Shown here: positions 10,244 to 24,600 of the stretch, piece by piece
How positions within the stretch are numbered: position 1 is the stretch's first letter
Layout of the letters: each line of letters begins with the position of its first letter
Assembly: GCA_002269645.1 (NCBI GenBank)
Contig: NIVC01000292.1
Coordinates: 1 to 64,000 of the forward strand
Direction: 5' to 3'
Origin: Macrostomum lignano
Taxonomy: Eukaryota
Length of the DNA stretch: 64,000 nt
The notes under the pieces: model-generated
Told to the model about the DNA's origin: nothing
What the model saw: only the letters and a program-made list of their open reading frames with translations
The model's database searches: none
Program-made: the position numbers and the translations under genes

Positions 10244-10523
10244 AAGAATGTAAGGCATGCACGTTTAGGAGTGACGGAAGAATGTAAGGCATGCACGTTT
10301 AGGAGTGACGGAAGAATGTAAGGCGTGCACGTTTAGGAGTGACGGAAGAATGTAAGGCATGCACGTTTAGGAGTGACGGAAGAATGTAAGGCATGCACGT
10401 TTAGGAGTGACGGAAGAATGTAAGGCATGCACGTTTAGGAGTGACGGAAGAATGTAAGGCATGCACGTTTAGGAGTGACGGAAGAATGTAAGGCATGCAC
10501 GTTTAGGAGTGACGGAAGAATGT
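10244..10523. repeat. 34-bp minisatellite, about 8 copies
   Basis: ACGTTTAGGAGTGACGGAAGAATGTAAGGCATGC recurs at 10261, 10295, 10329 and onward. Confidence 0.93.
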
Positions 10524-11108
10524 TAAGCGTTAAGTTGTGGTTTTTTCACGTGGAATCCCCATTTATCCAATTTCTCCCCACAGAGATCCCCAAATGCTAA
10601 AGTGGTCGGGCTTTCGGCATAACGGGAGATGTTTGGCTCCAAATGAAGGGATTGGCGTAGAGAAATCGGGACCCAATTATTCAGGCTCCATTTTGACTCC
10701 TAAGTTTACATCCTCTTTAATCTTTATTGACAGTAAATTGTCAGAAAAGGTTGAAGTTGTCAATTTCCTGTGCCAGTTTTCTTAAAAAAGGAACAATATA
10801 AGGAGATCCCATAGATTAGGCTCTTGCATAATCTATGGGAAAAGATACACGAGCGACACGAGACTGGCCACGTATCACTACTTGGTGTGCGCTTGCTGGG
10901 CTTCATAAAAGGAATAACATTTCCACTATTTCTGCTCCAGCGCTATACGGATGCCGTCAGATAGTTATGGGTCTCACTGTGCTTGGTACTCCTACTTTAG
11001 TTGCAAATAGAAGGCTTGGATTTCAAGGCTAGCGTTTGAGCTGGACACTCTTGGACTGCATTTGAGTACGAGGCATCAGGGCACCGTTGGGAAAGAGGCG
11101 GCCGTGTT

Positions 11109-11915
11109 CTAACGGAACTCACCCGCTTTGAAGCCGGTTTTGAGAATCAGGTTGCGCCAGAACCCTCCGCAGGTTTGCACGCGGGATCCGTTGCACGGCT
11201 TGTTGCACTCCGAGCTCTGGGCGCGGCCGTGCCTACCGTAGCTGTTGCCGCACCGGCACTCGTTGCCGTTCTGCACTCCGGCGTAGCTGAACCGCAGCTT
11301 GAAGCACTGGGCAGCGCAGGCCGCAGGCGTCACGGAGCCCAGCCTGGCCAGCTTGGGCAGGTCGCGCGGCTTCGCCTTGTCCTTGAAGCAGCCGACGCTG
11401 GCGGCTTCTTGATTGCCTCTGCGAGGATTTGTTGTGTTACTGAGTTAGGGGGGGGGGGCTTTCTCACCCGGGGATTTCGGTCGCGGTGGACACACTGTAG
11501 GGAAATTCCAGTCCTACAGTGAACATCCCAGAAAGACCGGCATTATTAGCAGTGTATAAAAACCTGTTGCGATAGAAAAGAACAGGAAAGAGTGTCCAAT
11601 GCGGGGGAAGAAGCGTCCAAGGCGGGGAAAGAGTGTCTAAGGGGAGGGAGTGTCCGAAAGACAGGAAAGATGCCCAAAGGACCAGAGGACAGGAAGTGTC
11701 CAAAGAACAGGACAGGACGCAGTGGAACATTTAGCATGCATTTACCGGTATGCATGAGATTCGCCAATAGGCAAGAGATGTGTAAGAGCGATTGAAACAA
11801 AGGACACAGGCTAACACAACAGCTTACTCTTGGCTGGAAGGCTGGATAAGCTGGCACCATTGGCGGACATGGCTGCCCAGACAGCGAGGATCAGCAGCAG
11901 CAGCCAGAGCCTCAT
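11109..11915 (-). CDS. Small secreted WSC-domain protein (copy 1), spliced
   Basis: Exon 11915-11828 encodes a signal peptide (MRLWLLLLILAVWAAMSANG) followed by a GTAAGC donor. Exon ~11418-11109 encodes SVGCFKD..RDL..TPAACAAQC..YAGVQNGNECRCG..CNKPC..CGG (WSC pattern). A possible 27-nt exon lies at 11494-11468; splice phases are not fully reconciled. Confidence 0.85.
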
Positions 11916-13119
11916 GTTGAGTCCGGCCGCCGCTTGCGAAGCAATGTTTGCTGATGACAACCGGCCAGCAATGCAGTTGCCTGGTTGAGATTTTTTGCAG
12001 CAGAGTTTCGTTTGTCAAAACAGACAAGCTGGCTGTGGAGTTTCTCGCTCCGCAGGTTCTCTCTTCTGCCAACGGTTGATCCAAATGGGGGACTCACCGT
12101 GGTTAGCTGGGGGGACTTCGGAGAGAAGTGAGGCTTCAGGCGAAGAGCCAGCTGGCTGGTGGGCCGGCGGTTTTATCGCGCTGCCGATACCAGCATTGCG
12201 GCCTTCGTGCTGCGTCGATCGCGCCACCACCCGCCTGACCGCCCCCCCCCTCCTTACCCTCCGCGGACCATCGCCGTTCCTGCGAAGGAAGCGCTACAAA
12301 AAACCAGCTGGCCTCGAGACCGAGCTGCCGCTGCTTTTGTTTTGCTCTTCCGGAGCCTCCCGGGCTTGCAGCCGTCGACAGCAACGGCGGGGAGGTGGGG
12401 GTGGGGGCACTGCTGCAGTCCTCTACTCTCCGCCCCTCTCCGCCAGGCCACCCACGGCCGAGAGTTGCTGATTCAGCAGGTGGAGCTCCTGGCCAGCCCC
12501 CAAGCCCCCCGCTCTGCAGTAATCGATTCAGCGATACTTCAGCAAGTTGGCAGCCGCAACGCTGCGCTGTCTTGGGTGGTGCCGGAATGACGAGCAACTG
12601 CAACCACTGGCTGCGCCCAGCAGTGCCCAACTCGCATTACCAACCCCCCCCCTCAGTCCAGAGCTGGCAGAGTCCTGCACCCGCAAATTGGAGAACTCGA
12701 AAGTCATAAACAGCGCCAGAGAGAATCGATCAGCCTCTCCCTGCTCAACTCAACCACCCAGAGCTCCAGTTCGAGGATAAATTCCAGGGCATCGAAAGCT
12801 GCCGAAAACAAAAAATAAACAACAACAGAAGACGCAACACTTTAACTGAAAAGTGAACAGCAAACTAAACAAATGCCGTGTGCGGATATCAATATCAAAC
12901 AGTCGCGTTTTATCTGATTATGAATTCTTTAACAAACTCAATCCGTGAAGCAGCTGAATTAACTATCAGCACTGACTAGTTGGGACACTGCGAATGAAAT
13001 AGTAAAACTGCAAGCACTGCGATAGCGCAAGCTTTGAAAATAAGTAGCTCGTAATATCGAATGCTCTTCGCGATTAGTAAGTGCAATAAGAGAAAACTTA
13101 TTGAAACACGGAAACAAGG

Positions 13120-14062
13120 AGACACGAGTGAAACACGAGTGAGACACGAGTGAGACACGATTGACACACGAGTGAGACACGAGTGAGACACGGGTGAGAC
13201 ACGGGTGAGACACGATTGACACACGAGTAAGACACGAGTGAGACACGGGTGAGACACGGGTGAGACACGGGTGAGACACGGGTGAGACACGATTGACACA
13301 CGAGTAAGACACGAGTGAGACACGGGTGAGACACGGGTGAGACACGGGTGAGACACGATTGACACACGAGTAAGACACGAGTGAGACACGGGTGAGACAC
13401 GGGTGAGACACGGGTGAGACACGATTGACACACGAGTAAGACACGAGTGAGACACGGGTGAGACACGGGTGAGACACGATTGACACACGAGTAAGACACG
13501 AGTGAGACACGGGTGAGACACGGGTGAGACACGGGTGAGACACGATTGACACACGAGTAAGACACGAGTGAGACACGAGTGAGACACGGGTGAGACACGG
13601 GTGAGACACGAGTGAGACACGAGTGAGACACGAGTGAGACACGAGTGAGACACGAGTGAGACACGAGTGAGACACGATTGACACACGAGTGAGACACGAG
13701 TGAGACACGATTGACACACGAGTGAGACACGAGTGAGACACGGGTGAGACACGAGTGAGACACGAGTAAGACACGAGTGAGACACGAGTGAGACACGAGT
13801 GAGACATGGGTGAGACACGAGTGAGACACGAGTGAGACACGAGTGAGACACGAGTGAGACACGAGTGAGACACGAGTGAGACACGAGTGAGACACGATTG
13901 ACACACGAGTGAGACACGAGTGAGACACGATTGACACACGAGTGAGACACGAGTGAGACACGGGTGAGACACGAGTGAGACACGAGTAAGACACGAGTGA
14001 GACACGAGTGAGACACGAGTGAGACATGGGTGAGACACGAGTGAGACACGAGTGAGACACGA
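13120..14062. repeat. 11-bp minisatellite (GTGAGACACGA and variants)
   Basis: Direct inspection; it explains the three overlapping Cys/Ser/Val pseudo-ORFs. Confidence 0.95.
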
Positions 14063-14488
14063 GAGGGACACAGTTAGCTGAGTGAGCAAAAGTTGAGCCA
14101 GATAAACAAAAAGGTTGCATTTTAATATTTTAGCAAATAAACAAAAATTTTGTTGAACGGACGCTAAAGCTTACAGAAAAACATTTCTTAGAATCTAAAC
14201 TAAAAGCTAAATTCGCATTGGAATTGACGAGTAAAAAATAAACTGTTAAAGGAACTAATCTACCAGCTAGTGGCAAAAAGGGCAAAAAGTTGAATGAAGA
14301 GTTGTATAAAATTTCTAATATTTTGATAACAAAAATTACTCTCAAGGAATTTAGCTCTGCAAATAAAAAAGAAGAGCTCACGGAGAACTTCCATCCTGGA
14401 ACTATACATAAAATATCTGCTTGGAAAAATGTTTAGAAATAGCAGAATAATAAAGCTGAATGCTAAGCAGCAAAAGTAATAGATAATC

Positions 14489-15357
14489 CAGGTCATAGAT
14501 AGATCCGGTCATACATAGTTCCGGTCATAGATAGATCCGGTCATACATGTACATAGTTCCGGTCATAGATAGATCCGGTCATACATAGTTTCGGTCATAG
14601 ATAGATCCGGTCATACATAGTTCCGGTCATAGATAGATCCGGTCATAAATAGTTCCGGTCATAGATAGATCCGGTCATACATAGTTCCGGTCATAGATAG
14701 ATCCGGTCATAAATAGTTTTGGTCATAGATATCCGGTCATAAATAGTTCCGGTCATAGATATCCGGTCAAAGTTCCGGTCAAAGACAGTTCAGTAATAGA
14801 CAGATCAGATCCGATAAATTTGGTCATGATCGCATTGGTGAAGAAAGATTCGGTGACAGACAAACTGGGTCATAGGAGATAGGGTCATAGACAGATTGGG
14901 TCATAAACAGATTGGGTCATAGGCAGATTGAGCATAAGCAGCTTGGGTCATGGACAGATTGGGTCATAGACAGACTGGGTCACAGGCAGATTGAGTCATA
15001 GGCAGATTGAGTCATAGACAGATTGGGTCATAGACAGACTGGGTCATAGGCAGACTGGGTCATAGGCAAATTGAGTCATAGACAGATTGGGTCATAGACA
15101 GACTGGGTCATATACAGACTGGGTCATAGGCAGATTGAGTCATAGACAGATTGGGTCATAGACAGACTGGGTCATAGGCAGACTGGGTCATAGGCAGATT
15201 GAGTCATAGACAGATTGGGTCATAGACAGACTGGGCCATAGGCAGACTGAGTCATAGGCAGATTGAGTCATAGACAGATTGGGTCATAGACAGACTGGGT
15301 CATAGACAGACTGGGTCATAGGCAGACTGGGTCATAGGCAGATTGAGTCATAGACAG
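14489..15357. repeat. Two related 16-bp minisatellites (CCGGTCATAGATAGAT / GGGTCATAGACAGATT)
   Basis: Tandem units ending immediately 3' of the rogdi stop codon. Confidence 0.9.
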
Positions 15358-15363
15358 TTCAAA

Positions 15364-18300
15364 CTAGGCCGCGCCGCTGAGCTGCAGCTGTCGCAGCTTC
15401 TCGATCAGCTGAGCCACGGTCAGCATGGCCCTGCTCAGGTGCAGCAGCAAGTCGTTCAGCCAGGGCACCACGGCCTGTCCGTGGTAGCGGCCGCTGATGT
15501 CGTAGGATTTTGTCCGGGTGTTGTAGTGCAGGAAGTACACAGCCAGCACCAGGCGGCGACCGCTGACGTACATCGACAGGCTCATGTCGTTGGGCACCGA
15601 GGGATGGAACACCTCCTGTTTGATGTGTTCATCATCAGCACTAATTAAGATCAAGAATATGCAAAATGCTCTCATAATGAATTCTGGAGCAGTCAATGAG
15701 ATAATAGAGAACGCTAGAGAACACGCAACAGAATATCAATTATAACACCGATTATAAAACTCATTAGAACACTAATTAGAACACCGAATACAACATCAAT
15801 TAAAACACTTATTAGATCAGAACACCAATTAGAACACTAATCAGAACACTAATCAGAACACCAATTAGAACACCAATTAGAACACTATTCAGAATACCAA
15901 TTAGAACATTGATCAGAATACCAATTAGAACACTAATCAGAACACCAATTGGAACACTAATCAGAACACCAATTAGAACACTAATCAGAACACCAATTAG
16001 AACACTGATCAGAACACTAATCAGAACACCAATTAGAAGACACTACTAATCAGAACACTTACCAGAACACCAATTAGAACACTGATCAGAACACCAATTG
16101 GAACACTAATCAGAACACCAATTAGAACACTAATCAGAACACCAATTAGAACACTGATCAGAACACTAATCAGAACACCAATTAGAAGACACTACTAATC
16201 AGAACACTTACCAGAACACCAATTAGAACACTGATCAGAACACCAATTCGAACACTAATCAGAACACTAATCAGAACACCAATTAGAAGACACTACTAAT
16301 CAGAACACTTACCAGAACACCAATTAGAACACTGATCAGAACACCAATTCGAACACTAATCAGAACACTAATCAGAACACCAATTAGAAGACACTACTAA
16401 TCAGAACACTTACCAGAACACCAATTAGAACACCAATTAGAACACCAATTAGAACACTAATTATAACACTAATCAGAACACCAATTAGAACACTAATTAG
16501 AACACTAATCAGAACACCAATTAGAACACTAATCAGAACACCAATTAGAACACTAATTAGAACACTACTAATTAGAACACCAATTAGAACACTAATCAGA
16601 ACACCAATTGGAACACTAATCAGAACACTAATCAGAACACCAATTAGAACACTAATTAGAACACTAATTAGAACACCAATTAGAACACTAATTAGAACAA
16701 TAATCAGAACACCAATTAGAACACTACTAATCAGAACACCAATTAGAACACTAATCAGAACACCAATTGGAACACTAATCAGAACACCAATTAGAACACT
16801 AATCAGAACACTAATCAGAACACCAATTAGAACACTAATTAGAACACTAATTAGAACACCAATTAGAACACTAATTAGAACAATAATCAGAACACCAATT
16901 AGAACACTACTAATCAGAACACCAATTAGAACACTACTAATCAGAACACCAATTCGAACACCAATCATAACACCAATTTAAAAATTTACAAGAACAGCCA
17001 CAAGAAAGGCGGGCTTCCCCACCTTGTGCCGGCTGTGCGCGAGCTCCTCAACGGATTTCTTCTGCGGCAGCACCACGTGGTCCCGCGCGGACTTCAGGCA
17101 GGCAAAAATTCGGTCCAGGGTCTCGAGGGTCCGCGCCGGCTCGGACTGGCAGCCGACCTCGCAGGCCTGCTGGATGCAGAGCTTGGCGGCCTGGAGGGTG
17201 CTGCCGCAGCCGATGAGCTGCGGATTTGGCAGATTTGTGGGCGGCTCAGGTGAGCTTCTCAGCGCGAATCCTCTAGATGAGTTCCGATGTCTCTACCGGT
17301 AGATGTGCCCAGATGTCTAGAGGGGAATTACAATCTCATGAAAAATCGCAAGGGCGTCTAAAAAGTTTTCACTGTCTTTAGAGAGGCCGGGCTTAGAGGT
17401 CAAAAGAAGATCTCCAGAGGTCTCAAGATTGTCTTGCGACGTTTCAGAGTCTTTAGAGGGGTCTCAGTCTCGTGTTCTCTGTCCAGATGTCCAAGTGTCT
17501 ATAGATGGGTATCAGTGCTGTCTGTAGATGTTTCCGTGTCTCTAGATGGGTGCCAGTGTTGTCTGCAGATGTCCCAGTGTCTATATGGTATTAGTGTTGT
17601 CTGTAGATGTCCCAGTGTCTATAGATGGATGCCAGTGTTGTCTGTAGATGTCCCAGTGTCTATAGATTGGTGCCAGTGTTGTCTGTAGATGTCCCAGTGT
17701 CTATAGATTGGTGCCAGTGTTGTCTGTAGATGTCCCAGTGTCTATAGATTGGTGCCAGTGTTGTCTGTAGATGTCCCAGTGTCTATAGATGGATGCCAGT
17801 GTTGTCTGTAGATGTCCCAGTGTCTATAGATGGTGCCAGTGCTGCCTGTGGATGTCCCATGGTATCTATAGGCCCCAGAGTACACTGAGTCGCCGGCAGA
17901 ATACTCTATATGCTATATGCAGTGCATGTTTTCAACAGACAAGTATTGTAATCGATAGAGTATTTGCGTGCACAAAAATGCACACAGAAGACTTCTGGAA
18001 GGTTCCAGCACATTCGTAAACAGAGTTCAGCCAGAGTAATAAAAGAGCAGGTTGCTTCAAGGCGCATTGCTGAATTGCGATATGGTTTGAAACTGCTGAA
18101 AGCAGCAGAACCGCGGCTCGTGAGGGTGGCGGTGGGTGTGGGGGCAGAACCGGTCCGAAGCAGAGTTGGGCTGCATTTCTGCTTGCAGTTGCTTCTTTTG
18201 CGACAGATCGAGCGGTTGAGGAGACAAACCCGCAGAGGGCGGTGCAACTGCCAGGGGTGGCGGGGGTTCGGGAGTTCCTGCACAGCTCACTCACAGCTGC

Positions 18301-19175
18301 CCCTACACGCCTCCCCGGCCGAGGCAAGGGCGAAGCCAGCCGGACAGTGCGCGATCCCCAGCAGCGCCCAGTGACAAAATTATAACTCCAAAAATGAGCT
18401 CACCTGCTGCAGCTTGTAGGAACTGCCTTCGGCTATGCCGCAGCGGTAGAACTGCTTGAAGGGGCTCTCGACGCTGATGTCCTGCGGCGCGAGGGAGAGG
18501 TCGGTTCTACATTATTCACACACTGGCGTTGGTCATTCACGCACTGGCTTTGGTCATTCACGCACTGGCTTTGGTCATTCACGCACTGGCTTTGGTCATT
18601 CACGCACTGGCTTTGGTCATTCACGCACTGGCTTTGGTCATTCACACGCTGGCTTTGGTCATTCACGCACTGGCTTTGATTATTCACGCACTGGCTTTGG
18701 TCATTCACACACTGGCTTTGATTATTCACGCACTGGCTTTGGTCATTCACGCACTAGCTTGACCATTCACGCACTGGCTTTGGTCATTCACGCACATGTA
18801 TATCATTCACGCATCCAACTATCGGTCACCATTTAGGAATGAGCATTCACTCTTTGACTAGAAGTTCATTCTAAATACAATAAAGTATAGGCTAAGAGTA
18901 CAGTTGGAACTTACTGCTTCTGTTATCTCGTCTCCATTGAGAGTGACTACTGCTTTGAGACTGCACTGTCTAAAATTTAGCAACACTGAGATTAAAGTTA
19001 AGATAAACAAATTTGCACTGGTACCATTAGACATTCTGGGTACTCACTCATTGGGAGTGAACAGAAATTTACTGGCAGGTTGGGCAAGCTTCTTTTCAGA
19101 CTGGTCCACAATAACTTGCAACTGTTGTAAAGTGGCAATGTACTCACGCTCAAGAAGCCAAGCCAGCTCATCCAT
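15364..19175 (-). CDS. rogdi: Rogdi (RAVE/Rabconnectin-associated leucine-zipper protein), about 235 aa, exons 19175-19048, 18969-18915, 18481-18404, 17217-17023, 15615-15364
   Basis: All junctions are GT-AG with matching phases. The spliced protein has ELAWLLERE..LQQLQ, LKAVVTLNGDEITEAD, YKLQQL, VFHPSVPND..LVLAVYFLH and VVPWLNDLL, which parallel recalled ROGDI motifs (EFRWLLHDE, VKGVLTLQGD, WKLQQI, MFAPALPSD, VIPWLNDAL). An acceptor just 5' of the ATG suggests a further upstream exon. Confidence 0.9.
15770..16968. repeat. 12-bp minisatellite (AGAACACCAATT / AGAACACTAATC) in rogdi intron 4
   Basis: Direct inspection. Confidence 0.93.
17500..17860. repeat. 41-bp minisatellite in rogdi intron 3
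   Basis: TCTGTAGATGTCCCAGTGTCTATAGATTGGTGCCAGTGTTG repeated (17641, 17682 and onward). Confidence 0.88.
18510..18810. repeat. 21-bp minisatellite in rogdi intron 2
   Basis: TCATTCACGCACTGGCTTTGG tandem. Confidence 0.92.
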
Positions 19176-20200
19176 TGCTGTGGATAGAATATTTTAACAT
19201 AAATTTTTTGTATTATTGTACTAAATTTATAAATTTAAACTAAATTGTATTAAAGTGTTTTGCTTTTGTCTTATAAACAAAAATGCTTCCAAAACTCTTT
19301 AAAATTATGTTGAAATGGCTAAAATACATGTCTAGAACAAATAGAAAACTGTTTTCAGTGATAGATATAGTAGTTTGAAAATAAAATATGAAAGAAATCA
19401 GAAATTTTTATTTTGTTTTTTTTCAAATATAGTATACTACCATATAGAATAATCACAATCAGAATTTAATTTTTTAAACAGTTTTTTATCTATCTTTGTA
19501 TAACTAGTAATGGTATATTATTAACTTTAGTCCTCATCTAATATGCTTTTAATCTAGCATAAAATAGTGAAATACAAAAGCTGCATGACATCACCATAGC
19601 CATGGGCTGATAGCATAGCAATTAGCAATGATTAAAAAACAGTCATGTTTACATTGATTGATTATTAGACATTATTAAGGAAGAAAAGTATCATGTCCAG
19701 GCGCAAATTAGAAATTTTTGAACGGGGCGCAGATTACCAAGGTAGTTTTGATTTGATTTGATTTTGATTATTTATTTATTCAATTATTCAGGTCGTATTA
19801 CGCAGAGAAAAGAAAAAACTCTATGGGCGCACACACCCTTTGTGCGCTACCCCTGAATTCACTACTGATAATGTCTTGCTACACCTAAATCTGGAATGCC
19901 TATACTCTTCAATAAGAGCAATATGCACGTTCATTCGGCATTCGCTAAGCGAACATGTCATTAGATAGCGGCTTCCGTTGAAATTCCGTTATTCTGTTAT
20001 TGGGTCTAAGTTATTTCTTAGAAAATCGAATTATTGTAAAGTTTCCGCTATTGAAAACGTTTAAACACATTTGAAGTCATCTCCGAATGTTATGCTCTGA
20101 AATAACCCTCTTGTAATTTTAAATTAATTTTAAACTAATTGAATTACCTTTTGCCATAATCATCAAGAATTACGACCAAATCGCAGAATAGCTCTTTTTT

Positions 20201-20633
20201 GCTTCTGAGGTGGGGGTGGAGAAGAAAGGATATCTGGTCGGTCGGTTTGAAAATTTGCTGACACCAATGAGGTGGGGCGGATTCCTCGTTTGAATTGCCG
20301 CCGGCGTTGTTGAAACACGAATAAAGCCGGAAACTCGCGCAGATAATCTCAATGAATTTCTTCTCCTTTTACTCCGACAGCCGGGTTCTCAAGTCCGGGG
20401 GAGGGTAGTTGTAATCGTAGCGGAGCGGTCGTAGAGCGGCACGGACGTTCAGATGTAGAACACAGGAGATTCTGACTCCGTAAATTAATGCGTCGATGAG
20501 TTGAACTTGTTACTTTTAGTAGGGTAGTTGCTGCCACCACCGTAATTTACGTATTACGGAACGTTAATGTCTCAGAGCTTCTTGGAGATGAGAACTTGGT
20601 TCGTTTTACGCCCCGTGGGCAAATAACTCAAGA
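20201..20633 (-). repeat. Unclassified ~430-bp interspersed repeat, copy A
   Basis: Its reverse complement aligns along its length with 42510-42917 through long identical blocks (e.g. CTACCCTCCCCCGGACTTGAG, AACGCCGGCGGCAATTCAAACGAGGAATCCGCCCCACCTCA). Confidence 0.85.
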
Positions 20634-21654
20634 TAGGCTATGGGCTTAATGAATTAGTTATGGAACAATATAAGCGAAATATTATTATTATTATTATTAT
20701 TGTTTAACTGAATATTATAGTAAAGACGATTATGGCTTAGCAGGCAGGTGGAAGTTAATTAAGCACGACGAAGATAATTACTCGAACAGAGCCGCGGTGC
20801 ACTAAAAGATTAAGATACGACTTATAAAAGTATTACTAAGTCAGTCAGTCGGTCCGGGAGCCGGGCGGAGGCTTCCTTAAAGAAAAGTTGAGAGTGTTTG
20901 AGAGAGGGAGAGCGCGAGTTTGAGCGTTAGTTTTTGAGCGAGAGTTGAGAAGCATGCAAATAAATAGATAACAAAAAAACAAACAATAACAGGGGCGAAA
21001 GTTGGACTGGCAGCTGGGCAACGGGTTGGACAAAAGGTTGGGCACCAGGTTGGACAGAGGCGGTAACGCAGAAAATAAACCGGAAAGAAAAACAACAAGA
21101 GTGGGGAAACGTTGCTTCAAAGGTGGGACAGATGGGAGGAACAAAATTGGGAACGAGAAGACAACCTGTGAAAAAAAATGACGAATTATCAACCGTTGAC
21201 AGATTACGCAAAAATTCCGGGTGTTGGGGCACATGATTAAAGTTCAAATTAGTAAATTGAACAAAAAATAATTCCTATACCAAAGTGGCAACCCGACTGC
21301 CACACTTCCACCACCTTCAAATGAAATGAAATATTAAACATTTTGCGGGACTCAAGTTCGTCAATCTGTGTTAATACACCAAATCGGTCTGTGAATGAAC
21401 TTTATCAAAACGTGCCTAAAGGCCAAAAACAGTGTAAAACAGTAAAATTGCTAAACTTTTTTCATCCAATCACATCGTCACCTATGAAGATTATTAATTT
21501 GTATTCAACTTTTAAATTTTATCATAAACTCGTCAGGCTCTATCTATCTGGCTATCCTCAGTAATTTTAGGTCATTGAGCCATTACTATAATATAGTAAA
21601 AGATTAAATTTCTCAAATTCTGTCATCCATTTGTTCGATCTGGTTTTGTCAAAG

Positions 21655-24600
21655 ATGTCTGGATGCATCAGACAAATAAATACTGTCCTTTTTATTGCAT
21701 TTGTACTTGTCAATTTATTTGCTTTGGATTTGGCTTATAGACCAAAGGTAAGTATAAAGCTTTTTTGTTTTGTTTTTTTTTCATTTTCAGCCTTTTTTAT
21801 TGGAATTGTATTGATTAAAATTAAATTGTGATTAAATTTAAAGGGCCTGTCAATTTGTCTTAGCTTTTAAAGTGGGGTCTGAGTAACCCATGCTATGTAT
21901 ACAAATGATGGGTGCTGGTCATTTTGTCAATTGGTATTTTATCAAATAGTTGACAAAAAAGTGATTATTTGGCAGGGGTAGCAGTATTTGCTATTGATGA
22001 AGTGACCAAGTTTAGAGGTCTTATTGATTGGTCAGTTGATAAAGTGATTAAGAATAAGATCCACACTCCGGATCATGTAGTATATACCCAAACATTTAGG
22101 CATGCATTGGCCTTGTATGCCAAAAGTAGGCATGCATAGTTGGCATATATCACTCCTAAGAAAATATACCTGGCGTGCACTTTGTAGAATCATGCAGAAA
22201 AATTATTGTAGAGTAGAAGAAAGATAAAAAAGTTCATTTTTAAGCATAAATTTCCTGCTTTCCAGGTTTTTAAGCTTGTAATAAGGCATTTAAACAACTC
22301 TTTGCATGTATCAATTTTCCACTATAAATAGTATCACCAAAAAAGCAGAAAAATTAACCAAATTATTTGTCAAAAAGGGTCTATTATGCAATGAAAAAAG
22401 GTAATTTATTGTCACAATACTGGCAGAGTTTTAAGAATGGGTGTACACTTAATTTTTTTGGCATGCATTTGTAACTATCAATTTTTGTTCGGGCATGCAC
22501 CTATCATGATCCAGACTATAGACTAAGATCAATGGCTTCCCAATTGACAAAATGAAATGAATTTTAAATTATAGTTATTCTTGAAATAGCCTTTCTTTTC
22601 TTTTGTTATAGTTCAATGAATTTTTATATTTACAAAATTCAAATATACATACGTATTTTAGAAACAATATGTCAATTGCAGTATGGTACAATTTGAAATT
22701 TATTAACCTGCTTTACCCACTTCATATATGTAAGAGTTTAATAGAAGAATTCTTGGCGCACATCCAGCCATGAACATATACACAATATTGCATTGCATAA
22801 TATATACATAATGCATAATTTATTAAGTGACCATCATTTTAAAGTATTTGAAAAGGTAATTTTTAGTATATTGGACTATAATACTATATTCTTATCTAAG
22901 AATATCTACCTAGATCTAATAAAATATGACATGATTTTCATTTAAGTCTAAATTAAACATTGGTTTAGTAAATTTGTCCAAATGCCCCTTTGTTTGAATT
23001 ACTTTTTCTGTTAACAATATAATCTAGGGTCTAGATTGTATAATTTGGTATATGCTAGAGCTAAAATCCTATCATAGCTAAATGCATACCTATGTATGCC
23101 AAAAATGGAAAATTGCAATCTTTTAGATAACAATCACTAAATAAAGTGACAACCAACTAAATAAATATTTTAAATAGTATAAAGTAGAGCCTTTAAAACA
23201 CTAATCTTATTACAAATAGTTTCTAGATATTCAAGAGTTTAAGCATTCAGGGAGCCAATGATTCTAGCACCTCTTATAAATTAGCACCTTAATGTATTGT
23301 ATTAGTTTGGGATAACAATAACAATCATTATAATATGAAAATTGCCCTAAAATGATTAAGTTGCAAAAGTATAGCTTTTCTTGTCTTCAGCCTTTAGTCT
23401 TGTCTTTAGTCATGCTGAGTCTTAAACCATTTGTATGCAAAAAAAATCGATAAAATCGAGCAACAGAAAAAAGAAGCTCTAATTAAATATTTCTAAATTC
23501 CCACCTAGGCTACAGAATTTGCTGGAGTTCTGCACATCCGCCTGGACTATTACCGGCAGAAGGACCCAAACCACTGTGACCAGGGCCTGCTTGCCATTAA
23601 GGATCTGTGCGATCCCTACTTCATTGTGACTGCTGGCCCTATCGGCAGGAGAGCTCTGACCAGCTTCGAGTCCAAGCCAGTGGACAATGCGCACCGAGTG
23701 CTTCAGTTTGGCAACAAAATCGGACAGCTCTCAAATCCGCTGCGATTCTGGTTTAAAGACTCTGATGAACTGGGTGACCTGCTGGACATTAAGGTGCGGA
23801 GTTGATGCAGCTGCAGGGATGCTGGGGCTGAGTGGTGCAGACACTGATGGGCTGGGGATTGAGGTGCAGAGTTGATGCAGCTGCAGGGATGCTGGGGCTG
23901 AGTGGTGCAGACACTGATAAGCTGGGGATTGAGGTGTGAAGCTGATGCAGCTGCAGGGATGCTGGATATTGAGGTGTTGAGCTGATGCAGCTGCAGGGAT
24001 GCTGGAGCTGAGTGGTGCAGACACTGTTGAGCTGGGGATTGAGGTTTGGAGCTGATGCAGCTGCAGGGATGCTGGATATTGAGGTGTTAAGCTGATGCAG
24101 CTGCAGGGATGCTGGATATTGAGGTGTTAAGCTGATGCAGCTGCAGGGATGCTGGATATTGAGGTGTTAAGCTGATGCAGCTGCAGGGATGCTGGGGCTG
24201 AGTGGTGCAGACACTGATAAGCTGTGCCTAATCCCAATCCTGACCTCTCCCACAGGTCACTGTGAAAGACCACGACCCGCTGACCCCCGACGAGCTAATA
24301 GAGCAGTTCCGCTGGACGCTGCCGCTCGCCAACCTCACAACTGGGGTGCTGGACTCCCGCTTCATCGTCAGCTTCAACGCAACGCAGCCGAGCTCCGCCC
24401 TGCTGACCGGCGCGCTGGCCAGGGGCGACCAGCTGTCCCTGCACGCCTGGGTCTCCTGCCGGCCTGGCCGCGCCGGCCCCGCCTGTCGAGTCGCCTGCAC
24501 GCCCGGTCGGCCGGCCGAGGAGGGCGGCTTCGGCTGCGACTTGGCAACCGGCCAGCGCGTCTGCCTGCCCGGCTTCCTCGACCCCGACGCCGGCTGCTCG

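Noticed and set aside
10244-10523. CRISPR-like regular repeats
   Set aside because: They are contiguous tandem units with no unique spacers, in a eukaryotic context with no cas genes.
11995-12780. Several overlapping GC-rich ORFs upstream of WSC copy 1
   Set aside because: No recognisable motif, consistent codon bias or reliable exon structure was found.
17906-18374. ORFs on both strands inside rogdi intron 3
   Set aside because: No identifiable domain; possibly a TE remnant, but unsupported.
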